DNA from: an uncultured SAR86 cluster bacterium
GTDB lineage: Bacteria > Pseudomonadota > Gammaproteobacteria > Magnimaribacterales > TMED112
DNA length: 64,000 nucleotides
Reading direction: 5' to 3'
NCBI GenBank assembly: GCA_902579195.1
Contig: CACHFV010000001.1
Coordinates: 9,089 to 73,088, forward strand
Each line of letters starts with the position of its first letter. The first letter of the stretch is position 1. Below the pieces are notes generated by a model. That model was not told the DNA's origin. It was given only the letters and a program-made list of their open reading frames with translations, and made no database searches. This document shows, in pieces, positions 13,683 through 21,192 of the stretch. Made by a program: the position numbers and the translations under genes.

Positions 13683-15041
13683 ATGGGATTAAGTATCGTA
13701 ATTCTTGCTGCCGGCGAAGGCAGAAGAATGAAAACAGACAAACCAAAACCTTTGGTCAATTTAGCTGACCTCCCGCTTGTACAATACCCACTAAATACAG
13801 CAAAAGCGCTCAAACCAGAACGCATAGTGCTAGTAACAGGTTATAAAAAAGATGAAGTAAAAAAATATGTGCTTGAAAACAATGCAGGTGATTTTATTTT
13901 TTGCGAACAAAAAGAAAGGCTTGGTACTGGACATGCTGTTAAACAAGCAGCACCCTATTTGCCCGATACCGGGAAAACTCTAGTCCTGTATGCAGATGTG
14001 CCTTTAATTACTACTGCCAGTCTTAACAAGCTTATTAAATCAGCACAGCGCAAGAAAATCTCAATTCTTACATCAAAAATAACTAAACCAAAAGGCTACG
14101 GCAGGATCATTAGAGACGAAAAAATGAACCCAACAAATATCAGAGAGGAAGCTGATGCATCAACGCAAGAAAAAACAATCAATGAAATTTTCACTGGCAT
14201 CATGATTGCTGAAAATGAATTTTTAAAGAATGGTTTGAAAGGGTTGGTTAGAAATAACAAAGCAGGAGAATACTATCTTACTGATCTAGTAGAGTATGCC
14301 AGTAAACGAAAGCTTCCAATTAGCTCAACAGAAGCAAAAGAACTTGAGGTATTTGGAGCAAATAATAAAAAAGAACTTGAAGGTCTTTACAGCGCTATGG
14401 TTGCATTGAATATAGATGCAGCAAAGAAAAAAGGAACATTTTTTAAAGATACATCGACCTGTTATGTGGAAGGCAACCTAAAAGTTGGAAAGGATGTCTC
14501 AATTGGCAACAATGTCACAATTAAGGGCAATGTGGTGCTTGGCAATGATGTCTCAATTGGCTCAAATGTAATTCTCTCCAACACAAAGATTGGATCTAAC
14601 TCTACCATCAAAGAATTTTGCTCAATTGAAGACTCAAAAATATCTGAAAATGTTGAGGTTGGACCATTTGCCAGACTTAGAAATGGTGCAGTGCTTGATA
14701 ATTCAGCAAAGATTGGAAATTTTGTTGAAGTGAAAAAGTCGCGTATAGGACAAAATGCAAAAGCCAACCATCATGCTTATATAGGAGACGCTGACATAGG
14801 TAAAAAGAGCAACATTGGAGCCGGCACTATCACTTGCAACTATGACGGCGAGAATAAACACAAAACTAAAATTGGTGACTCAGTCTTTATTGGCTCAAAC
14901 TCATCATTGGTTGCACCACTAAAAGTAGGCAAGAAGTCATATGTGGCAGCCGGCTCGGTTGTTACTTCTGATGTGCCTGCTGGGTCGTTAGCTTTTGGGC
15001 GCGCAAAGCAAAAAAATAAAATCAACTGGAAGAAAAAATAA
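13683..15041 (+). CDS. glmU: bifunctional UDP-GlcNAc pyrophosphorylase / GlcN-1-P acetyltransferase GlmU
   Basis: N-terminal ILAAGEGRRMK nucleotidyltransferase motif and C-terminal left-handed hexapeptide repeats (IGNNVTIKGNVVLGNDVSIGSNV...). Confidence 0.96.
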   Translation: MGLSIVILAAGEGRRMKTDKPKPLVNLADLPLVQYPLNTAKALKPERIVLVTGYKKDEVKKYVLENNAGDFIFCEQKERLGTGHAVKQAAPYLPDTGKTLVLYADVPLITTASLNKLIKSAQRKKISILTSKITKPKGYGRIIRDEKMNPTNIREEADASTQEKTINEIFTGIMIAENEFLKNGLKGLVRNNKAGEYYLTDLVEYASKRKLPISSTEAKELEVFGANNKKELEGLYSAMVALNIDAAKKKGTFFKDTSTCYVEGNLKVGKDVSIGNNVTIKGNVVLGNDVSIGSNVILSNTKIGSNSTIKEFCSIEDSKISENVEVGPFARLRNGAVLDNSAKIGNFVEVKKSRIGQNAKANHHAYIGDADIGKKSNIGAGTITCNYDGENKHKTKIGDSVFIGSNSSLVAPLKVGKKSYVAAGSVVTSDVPAGSLAFGRAKQKNKINWKKK

Positions 15042-16864
15042 TGTGTGGCATAGTTGGCGGCGTTACAGAAAGAAACATAGTGCCCATTCTCTTAGAAGGT
15101 CTTCATAGGCTTGAGTATCGTGGTTATGATTCTGCAGGCATAGCATACAGAGCAGAAGAAAACGTTTCATTGGTAAAAAGTCTTGGCAGAGTTCACGACC
15201 TAGAAAAGAAACTCGACAAAAAAGCTACAAGCAATATTGGAATTGCTCATACTAGATGGGCAACACATGGCATACCGTCAGAAAAAAATGCACACCCACA
15301 CGTATCGAACAAAAACATTTATGTTGCGCACAACGGCATTATTGAAAATCATGAAGATTTAAAATCTGAGTTGAAAAGTGAAGGATTTAAACTCTACTCA
15401 CAAACCGACACAGAAGTGATTGGCCACCTTATAGAGTTCTACAAACAACGTGGTATGGATTTTGATTCAAGCGTTATGAGAGCAATCTCTCGGCTAAAAG
15501 GAGCTTATGCTCTCGCTGTCATAGATAAAAACGAGCCTGAGACACTTATAGGCGTTCGCCAAAGCAGTCCTTTGGTTATTGGTGAGGGTTTTGATGAGAA
15601 CTTTCTGGCATCCGACATTATGGCGCTATCCCCAGTTACAAATAAATTCAAATTCTTAGATGATGGTCAGGTTGTTTTCGTTACAAAAAACAAAATAAGT
15701 ATTAGCAGCAAAGACGGCAGAGCTGCTAAAGTCCCCACAAAAGAAGTTGACTCCACTGCTTATACCAATGACCTGAATGGCTATAGCCATTTTATGGAAA
15801 AAGAAATATTTGAGCAACCAGAGTCTGTCCAAAAAGCTTTAGAAGGTAGAGTAACAAAAGACGGCACAAGAGAAGGCATTTTCGGTGCAGGTTTTGAAAA
15901 GAAATTAAAAAATATTGAAAATATTCAAATCGTAGCTTGTGGCACCAGTTATCACGCAGGCAGAATCTTTGAATATTGGTCACACAAATTTTTGGGCATT
16001 AACTGCCGGGTCGATTATGGTAGTGAATATCAGTATCAAGTACCTGTTAAAACAAAAAAAACATTACTAGTAACAATCTCACAATCAGGTGAAACAGCAG
16101 ATACCTTGGCTTCATTAAAATTTGCCAAAAAAACTGATGATCCCCTAACCCTTACTATCTGCAATGTAGCCAATAGCTCTCTTTGCCGAGAATCAGAATA
16201 TACGCTATTAACCAATGCTGGACCAGAGATAGGCGTTGCATCAACCAAAGCATTTGTCACCCAGCTAGCATGCTTAAACCTCTTGCTGTTAACACTAATG
16301 GGAGCTAAAGAAGCAAAACCAAGAGGCAGAAAAAATATTGCTGCGGCATTGCTTGAGCTGCCTAGCCAATTAGAAAAAACCCTAAAAATGACAGATACAT
16401 ACAAAGAAGCTGCCAAATTATTATTCAAAAGGCATAGCACGTTGTTCTTGGGCAGGGGCCTATATTTTCCAATTGCTCGAGAAGGTGCGCTGAAGCTCAA
16501 AGAAATTTCTTACATTCATGCTGAGGCCTATCCAGGCGGTGAGCTTAAGCATGGCCCCTTGGCATTAATCGATAAAAACATGCCAGTCATTGCTCTGGTT
16601 CCCGACAATGAGCACCTTGATAAGATCACATCAAACATTGCAGAAGTGGCAGCAAGAAAAGGCAAAGTCATCACTATTGGCCCTTTAAAGAAAACAACCC
16701 TAAATAAAGATGGTGGGCATATAAAGATCCCAAAAACACTTGATTTATTGAATCCAATTATTTGTGTGGTGCCGCTGCAGTTAATTTCTTATTATACAGC
16801 CCTATTGAAAGGCACCGATGTGGATAAACCTCGCAACCTGGCGAAAAGTGTGACTGTTGAATGA
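15041..16864 (+). CDS. glmS: glutamine--fructose-6-phosphate aminotransferase GlmS
   Basis: N-terminal nucleophile MCGIVG, two SIS domains (ISQSGETADT), and the family-typical C-terminus KSVTVE. Confidence 0.98.
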   Translation: MCGIVGGVTERNIVPILLEGLHRLEYRGYDSAGIAYRAEENVSLVKSLGRVHDLEKKLDKKATSNIGIAHTRWATHGIPSEKNAHPHVSNKNIYVAHNGIIENHEDLKSELKSEGFKLYSQTDTEVIGHLIEFYKQRGMDFDSSVMRAISRLKGAYALAVIDKNEPETLIGVRQSSPLVIGEGFDENFLASDIMALSPVTNKFKFLDDGQVVFVTKNKISISSKDGRAAKVPTKEVDSTAYTNDLNGYSHFMEKEIFEQPESVQKALEGRVTKDGTREGIFGAGFEKKLKNIENIQIVACGTSYHAGRIFEYWSHKFLGINCRVDYGSEYQYQVPVKTKKTLLVTISQSGETADTLASLKFAKKTDDPLTLTICNVANSSLCRESEYTLLTNAGPEIGVASTKAFVTQLACLNLLLLTLMGAKEAKPRGRKNIAAALLELPSQLEKTLKMTDTYKEAAKLLFKRHSTLFLGRGLYFPIAREGALKLKEISYIHAEAYPGGELKHGPLALIDKNMPVIALVPDNEHLDKITSNIAEVAARKGKVITIGPLKKTTLNKDGGHIKIPKTLDLLNPIICVVPLQLISYYTALLKGTDVDKPRNLAKSVTVE

Positions 16865-17304
16865 GAACTGCTAAACAACAACTTGGAGACTTTGGGGAAG
16901 AGTTAATTAGAAAAAAATTTAATTGTCCTAAATGCAAAAGAGCGAAAACTTTAAAAAAACTTCCACCAAACTTTAAGTGTGCTGACCTTGTATGTGATTT
17001 TTGTGGTTACTTAGCACAAGTTAAAACTCACAACGTAAAAGACATAAATAAATTCCCTAAAATGATTCTTGGAGCAGCATGGGGACCACAAAAGGAGAGA
17101 ATGGATGCTGGTATTTATTTCCCTCTTTATGTTGTTTTAAAGAGCGAAAAAAAATATTCAGTTTTTTATCTTTCATCAGACCTACAAACAGAGGAAATGT
17201 TCATTAAAAGAAAACCATTGTCTAGTTCTGCAAAAAGAGCAGGATGGCAGGGTTACTACTTTGACGGAGAAATGATGAAGGATTTAATTACTAGGTTAAT
17301 ATGA
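16861..17304 (+). CDS. DpnI-like PD-(D/E)XK nuclease homolog, catalytic domain only (no winged-helix domain)
   Basis: 147 aa; its ATG overlaps the glmS stop (ATGA). CPKC...CADLVCDFCGYLAQVK and IKRKPLSSSAKRAGWQGYYF align with my recollection of DpnI (CPNC...VADFYCNHCSEEFELK and QRKPLAPTARRAGWIGCNI). Only ~60% of DpnI length. Confidence 0.6.
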   Translation: MRTAKQQLGDFGEELIRKKFNCPKCKRAKTLKKLPPNFKCADLVCDFCGYLAQVKTHNVKDINKFPKMILGAAWGPQKERMDAGIYFPLYVVLKSEKKYSVFYLSSDLQTEEMFIKRKPLSSSAKRAGWQGYYFDGEMMKDLITRLI

Positions 17305-17349
17305 ATATAGGTTGGGATAAGAACACTCTGTTACCGTAGAATGAATAAA
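17301..17349 (+). repeat. glmS-flank junction element, copy 1
   Basis: ATGAATATAGGTTGGGATAAGAACACTCTGTTACCGTAGAATGAATAAA. The TGA of the leading ATGA is the stop of the DpnI-like ORF. The core ACACTCTGTTACCGTAGAAT is shared with copies 2-5. Confidence 0.75.
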
Positions 17350-17499
17350 TTAATACAAATTATTAACTCGCCATTTTGGGCAGCAGGAATATTAACAGTA
17401 ATTTTGTTAACAACGGGTGACTATAAATGGTGGTTATTCGGACTGTATGTTTTGTTTGCCTTTTTTTGCAAACTTTATATTAAAAACAATGAACAATGA
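17341..17499 (+). CDS. small membrane protein (52 aa), hypothetical
   Basis: Below the track cut-off. MNKLIQIINSPFWAAGILTVILLTTGDYKWWLFGLYVLFAFFCKLYIKNNEQ has two hydrophobic helices. Its N-terminus resembles the 48-aa ORF at 20633. Its stop is the ATGA that opens junction copy 2. Confidence 0.4.
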   Translation: MNKLIQIINSPFWAAGILTVILLTTGDYKWWLFGLYVLFAFFCKLYIKNNEQ

Positions 17500-17541
17500 G
17501 AAACCTTGCTACGGACACTCCGTTACTGTAGAGTAGATTTG
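17496..17541 (+). repeat. glmS-flank junction element, copy 2
   Basis: ATGAGAAACCTTGCTACGGACACTCCGTTACTGTAGAGTAGATTTG. Contains TTGCTA-N17-TAGAGT (promoter-like) and ends ~27 nt before the ATG of the serine hydrolase gene. Confidence 0.75.
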
Positions 17542-17567
17542 AACAAAGAATTAGATTGCCAGCGTCA

Positions 17568-18746
17568 ATGAATTTTAAGTTATTTATCATACCGTTAACG
17601 GTTATTTTCTTGATCAGTATTTTTTATGGCGACAAGAATTCCAAGATAAATTCTCTTCTTGGTTTGAGTCTTACACCTGACCAAATCGATCAGTTCCTTG
17701 ATAAAGAAATGACCACTTTAAAAATACCAGGATTATCTATTGCCATTATTAATGATAATGAAATTGTTTATCACAGAGTGAAAGGTTTTTCTGATGTAGA
17801 GAAAGAAGTTCCTGTTGATAATAAGTCAATATTTGAAGGCGCATCTATTTCTAAATCTGTCTTTGGATTCTTTGTGATGACTTTTGTTGAAGATGGTCTG
17901 ATTGAATTAGACAAACCGCTTTATGAGTATTTGCCTAATCCTGATATTGAGTACGATAAAAGGTATGAAAAAATAACGGCAAGAATGGTTCTTTCGCATC
18001 GATCTGGATTTCCAAATTGGCGTGATGATTATCCTGAGAAAAAGTTGTTTATCCAGTTTGAACCAGGTACTGAGTACCACTATTCAGGAGAGGCATACCA
18101 ATACTTAGCAGAAGTATTGAAGGAAATTCTAGGTACTAATTGGTTGGGTTTAGAAGAGGAGTTTCAGAAGAGAGTTGCTATACCTTTTGCTATGAAAAAT
18201 ACGAAATTTATTCAAGATGACTATATGAGGAGTCACAAAGTTCAACCTTATGATAATGAGGGAAACTGGATTAATAAGGATGAGATGCAATGGTGGAAAA
18301 GTCGAGAGTCCGTATTTGTTGCTCCAACAACCATTCATTCAGAAGCAATTGATTTTTCGAAGTGGATGTTAGCAATGATGAGTAATAGAGGATTATCAGA
18401 AAATTTATTCAATGAACTATTTAAATCACACTCTTTGGTTACGGACGGATTTTTAAAGGAAGAATATACATTAGGTTTTGCTAAACTTTCTGCTTTTGGT
18501 GTAGGCGAACTGTATGCTCATAGTGGAAACAACACGGGGTTTTCTTCATATTTTGCTTTTGATAAAGATAAGAAGTGGGGGTTGGTCTTTTTCACGAATT
18601 CTGAGTCTGGAACTCAATTAGCATTAAGTCTTATCTATGGTTTGCTGTTATTTGGTACTACACTAACTTCGATTTTTATTGGTTTTGCAGTTCTAATTAC
18701 TGTTATCTTATTTCTCGCGCTCAAGCACCAATTATTGAAAAATTAG
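17568..18746 (+). CDS. serine hydrolase, class C beta-lactamase/PBP-like, with C-terminal membrane anchor
   Basis: Track ORF 17556 (TTG); ATG 17568 gives the MNFKLFIIPLTVIFLISIF signal. S-x-x-K active site (GASISKSV), YSGEAY, HSGNNTG, and C-terminal TM segments. Confidence 0.75.
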   Translation: MNFKLFIIPLTVIFLISIFYGDKNSKINSLLGLSLTPDQIDQFLDKEMTTLKIPGLSIAIINDNEIVYHRVKGFSDVEKEVPVDNKSIFEGASISKSVFGFFVMTFVEDGLIELDKPLYEYLPNPDIEYDKRYEKITARMVLSHRSGFPNWRDDYPEKKLFIQFEPGTEYHYSGEAYQYLAEVLKEILGTNWLGLEEEFQKRVAIPFAMKNTKFIQDDYMRSHKVQPYDNEGNWINKDEMQWWKSRESVFVAPTTIHSEAIDFSKWMLAMMSNRGLSENLFNELFKSHSLVTDGFLKEEYTLGFAKLSAFGVGELYAHSGNNTGFSSYFAFDKDKKWGLVFFTNSESGTQLALSLIYGLLLFGTTLTSIFIGFAVLITVILFLALKHQLLKN

Positions 18747-18798
18747 ATGGAACAAAAATACATTAAGTTTTACAAAACTTTTCATAAAAAGTATAAAA

Positions 18799-18850
18799 AT
18801 GACGAAAATCTTATTCTCTGTTCAAATACACTCTGTAACTGTCGAATAAA
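18799..18850 (+). repeat. glmS-flank junction element, copy 3 (with internal insertion)
   Basis: ATGACGAAAATCTTATTCTCTGTTCAAATACACTCTGTAACTGTCGAATAAA. Same 5' ATGA-GAAA and same core ACACTCTGTAACTGTCGAAT, but an extra ~10 nt and no TTGCTA. Confidence 0.6.
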
Positions 18851-18911
18851 CAATGATAGAAGCAATAAAAAAGTTTATTAAAAATGATTATTTGGTGTCT
18901 CGGTCATTCCC

Positions 18912-19076
18912 TTGGACAGTGAACTTAACTACCTTCTTTTTTTATTTTTAGTTTTTATAGTTCCACTTTTTTTTCAAGACCAAACAACAAAACAAACACT
19001 ACCATGGGTGTTTTTAATAATATGGGGAACATATTATTTTTTCTTAAGGAAAAAACTTTTAAGCAAAATTAAATGA
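18912..19076 (+). CDS. possible small membrane protein (54 aa, TTG start) or remnant of a frameshifted gene
   Basis: Open frame ...LNYLLFLFLVFIVPLFFQDQTTKQTLPWVFLIIWGTYYFFLRKKLLSKIK with two hydrophobic helices. Its TGA (19074-19076) lies in the ATGA that opens junction copy 4. A 32-aa ATG ORF (18853-18951) in another frame ends in a T-run, so a frameshift is possible. Confidence 0.3.
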   Translation: MDSELNYLLFLFLVFIVPLFFQDQTTKQTLPWVFLIIWGTYYFFLRKKLLSKIK

Positions 19077-19114
19077 TTAATGTTGCTACTGATACTCGGT
19101 TACTGTTGAATAAA
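19073..19114 (+). repeat. glmS-flank junction element, copy 4
   Basis: ATGATTAATGTTGCTACTGATACTCGGTTACTGTTGAATAAA. About 32/42 identical to copy 2. Contains TTGCTA-N17-TTGAAT. Confidence 0.75.
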
Positions 19115-19240
19115 TCTGAATGCCAATGTGTAGAGAACTTCAAAAAAATGATACCTTATGACAACCTGATATTGATATAGTTGAATCTACCTTTAGATAT
19201 ATAAAGGATAAAGTAATCCTCAAAGCAGAAGTAAATAATA

Positions 19241-19363
19241 ATGGTACAAGAAATGATTGAATTGTTGTTCTGGAGCTTAATGGCGGTAACATGGATGGCC
19301 GTCGGCATGCATGTAGCAAAAGAATTTGTCAGGTTTGCTAATAGAGAAGATAATCAAAATTGA
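19241..19363 (+). CDS. possible small membrane peptide (40 aa)
   Basis: MVQEMIELLFWSLMAVTWMAVGMHVAKEFVRFANREDNQN has one hydrophobic helix. The stop lies 1 nt before the ATG of the next ORF. No homology recognised. Confidence 0.25.
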   Translation: MVQEMIELLFWSLMAVTWMAVGMHVAKEFVRFANREDNQN

Positions 19364-19364
19364 T

Positions 19365-19763
19365 ATGAAAAAACCCAGCCTATTCAGAAGGACAGTGATG
19401 ACAATTGTAAGTGCATGGAGAAGGGTGATGGATGTTAAATATAATCCATTAAAGTACGTGCCAGATCCAAGTTTACAAGCTTATTTCATGTTGGTGTTGT
19501 TTGTTATGTGGAGCGTATTCTTTGGTTTTCTAGCAGCAAATTACCTAGGGTGGTTTGGGTACAATACACTTGCTAGTCTAATCATACATATTGGCATATT
19601 AGTGCCACTTGCATTTACCAATGCAGTCTTTGTAGATGCAGAAAGAGATGGTGCCCAATGGCTTAAGGAATGGAAAGAAGAACAATCAAGATATAAGCTG
19701 GTGGCCAATAGACTAAAAGCCAAAAACTTTGTTATTTGGAATCCAAACAAGAAATCAAAATAG
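19365..19763 (+). CDS. hypothetical membrane protein (132 aa)
   Basis: Track ORF 19326 (TTG); ATG 19365 (MKKPSLFRR...) is preferred. Two or three hydrophobic helices (YFMLVLFVMWSVFFGFLAANYL, LASLIIHIGILVPLAF). No family recognised. Confidence 0.5.
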   Translation: MKKPSLFRRTVMTIVSAWRRVMDVKYNPLKYVPDPSLQAYFMLVLFVMWSVFFGFLAANYLGWFGYNTLASLIIHIGILVPLAFTNAVFVDAERDGAQWLKEWKEEQSRYKLVANRLKAKNFVIWNPNKKSK

Positions 19764-19800
19764 AAACATTGCTATAGATACTCTGCAAATGTAAAAATTA
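19760..19800 (+). repeat. glmS-flank junction element, copy 5 (divergent)
   Basis: ATAGAAACATTGCTATAGATACTCTGCAAATGTAAAAATTA. The TAG of the leading ATAG is the stop of the preceding ORF. Keeps GAAAC-TTGCTA-GATACTCTG; the 3' half is degenerate. Confidence 0.6.
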
Positions 19801-19816
19801 GTCTTAGGACTTATTA

Positions 19817-20104
19817 ATGGAAATAAATTGGGTTATTTTAGGCTGGCTAATCGACATGCTGCTTAATGGCTTTGTGTGGCTTATCATCGCAGTACTTGGC
19901 CTGTCATTAATTGATGTGACTGATAAGTGGACAAGAAAAGCTCTTAAATTAATGGATAAAGCTGATATATGGATAAGAAAATTTGTAGAAAGCTTATTTG
20001 AATGGGTTCAAAAGAAGAATCTTAAAATAATCGCTAGCATTATTTTGTTAATGATCCTTGGTATTCTTGCTCAACTAGAAATAATACCTAAGCTGATAAC
20101 TTAA
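19817..20104 (+). CDS. hypothetical membrane protein (95 aa)
   Basis: ATG start with N- and C-terminal hydrophobic helices (WVILGWLIDMLLNGFVWLIIAVLGLSLI; IIASIILLMILGILA). No family recognised. Confidence 0.5.
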   Translation: MEINWVILGWLIDMLLNGFVWLIIAVLGLSLIDVTDKWTRKALKLMDKADIWIRKFVESLFEWVQKKNLKIIASIILLMILGILAQLEIIPKLIT

Positions 20105-20123
20105 TATAAAAGGACATAAAAAA

Positions 20124-20591
20124 ATGAACAATAAACTTATAACACTACTTCTTCTTTTAATAGTGCCCTCCATAATTGCTGATGATCAACAAACAGAAAT
20201 AGATGCTTTGCTTGATGGTCTTCACCAGGATGCACACGATGCTAATTTTAAGACTTACTTTGCTCGTTACACTTCGGATGCCATTTTTCTTGGCACAGAT
20301 AAGACAGAGCGCTGGACTATTGAAGAATTTAAAGCTTATGCTCAGCCTGCATTTGCGGATGGCAATGGCTGGACCTACTCAGTTGTTGAAAGGAACTGGG
20401 AGGGAAAAGGAGATATCCGTTGGTTTGATGAAATCCTTTTCAATGAACGACTTGGACATTGTCGGGGAACTGGTGTTGTGAAGAAAATTAATAACGAGTG
20501 GAAAATACTGCACTACGCTTTGACTATGCTAGTACCAAATGAAATAGCTGAAGAGGTTGGTGCTCAAACTAAAGAAGCTGACAAAGAGTAA
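20124..20591 (+). CDS. secreted NTF2-like (SnoaL/DUF4440-type) protein
   Basis: Signal peptide MNNKLITLLLLLIVPSIIA. Cone-fold-like pattern (LHQDAHDANFKTYFARYTSDAIFLGTDKTERW ... RGTGVVKKINNEWKILHYAL). Family call from recollection only. Confidence 0.5.
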   Translation: MNNKLITLLLLLIVPSIIADDQQTEIDALLDGLHQDAHDANFKTYFARYTSDAIFLGTDKTERWTIEEFKAYAQPAFADGNGWTYSVVERNWEGKGDIRWFDEILFNERLGHCRGTGVVKKINNEWKILHYALTMLVPNEIAEEVGAQTKEADKE

Positions 20592-20632
20592 GAGATTTAA
20601 TACAGTAATGAATATTAAATTTGGAGAAAAAA

Positions 20633-20779
20633 ATGAATAAAAAACTTATAGTTTTTCAATCTTTTATGTGGGCAGCTGCAATGCTTATTGTTGCAATCGT
20701 CGAGGAGAAACAATTTATTGTTTCATTGCTTGTTTTGTTAGCAACAGTCTCATCAATCAATCTTAAGAGGGCAAATTAA
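20633..20779 (+). CDS. small membrane protein (48 aa), paralog-like of the 17341 ORF
   Basis: GGAG 7 nt upstream of the ATG. MNKKLIVFQSFMWAAAMLIVAIVEEKQFIVSLLVLLATVSSINLKRAN shares MNK-LI...S..WAA..L.V with the ORF at 17341. Below the track cut-off. Confidence 0.45.
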   Translation: MNKKLIVFQSFMWAAAMLIVAIVEEKQFIVSLLVLLATVSSINLKRAN

Positions 20780-20780
20780 A

Positions 20781-21158
20781 ATGAAATTACATCAAGACAG
20801 TGGCGAAGTCACAGTAGTAATAGATGTTTCTTATTCAGATCCAATTGATGAGGTAAAAGATTTCATCCTGAACGAACAATGCCCATTCATTGAGAGCCAA
20901 ACAGATCAAGGCCTCATAAAATTTGAATGGTTTTTTGATGAGGCAACAAATACAGCCACTCTGCTAGAGGTATTTTCTAACGCAGAAGCTTGGGAAGAGC
21001 TTGCTAATAAAGTAATTGGCACTCCAGTTAACATTAAATTTGGCCAATTATTCAAAATCGAAAAAATGACAGTGCTCGGTGAAGCTACGGATAATCTTAA
21101 AGAGAAACTCCAAGCCATGAATCCAGTCTTGAAGCTTTATTCAGGTGGCATTAATTAA
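20781..21158 (+). CDS. hypothetical protein, possibly ABM/ferredoxin-like fold
   Basis: 125 aa, soluble. FEWFFDEATNTATLLEVFSNAEAWEEL resembles antibiotic-biosynthesis-monooxygenase-like domains. Weak, by-eye call. Confidence 0.45.
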   Translation: MKLHQDSGEVTVVIDVSYSDPIDEVKDFILNEQCPFIESQTDQGLIKFEWFFDEATNTATLLEVFSNAEAWEELANKVIGTPVNIKFGQLFKIEKMTVLGEATDNLKEKLQAMNPVLKLYSGGIN

Positions 21159-21192
21159 ATCAACATTTTTCTAGGCGCCAATTTTTACAAGA

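Noticed and set aside
16861-16885. The glmS stop / DpnI-like start (ATGAGAACTGCTAAAC) resembles the 5' end of the junction element (ATGAGAAACCTTGCTACGG), which could make it a primary att site.
   Set aside because: Only ATGAGAA and TGCTA match (12 nt), with a 3-nt indel, and nothing matches downstream. This is too weak to separate from chance in AT-rich DNA. Mentioned only as a lead.
17301-19800. Whether the junction elements are canonical integron attC sites, Tn7 end repeats, dif/Xer sites or LexA boxes.
   Set aside because: There are no RYYYAAC/GTTRRRY inverse cores or extended imperfect hairpin. There are no clustered 22-bp TnsB-type repeats or TGT termini next to glmS, and no 11-6-11 Xer architecture. 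Only a single TACTGT half-site is present, without the CTGT-N8-ACAG partner.
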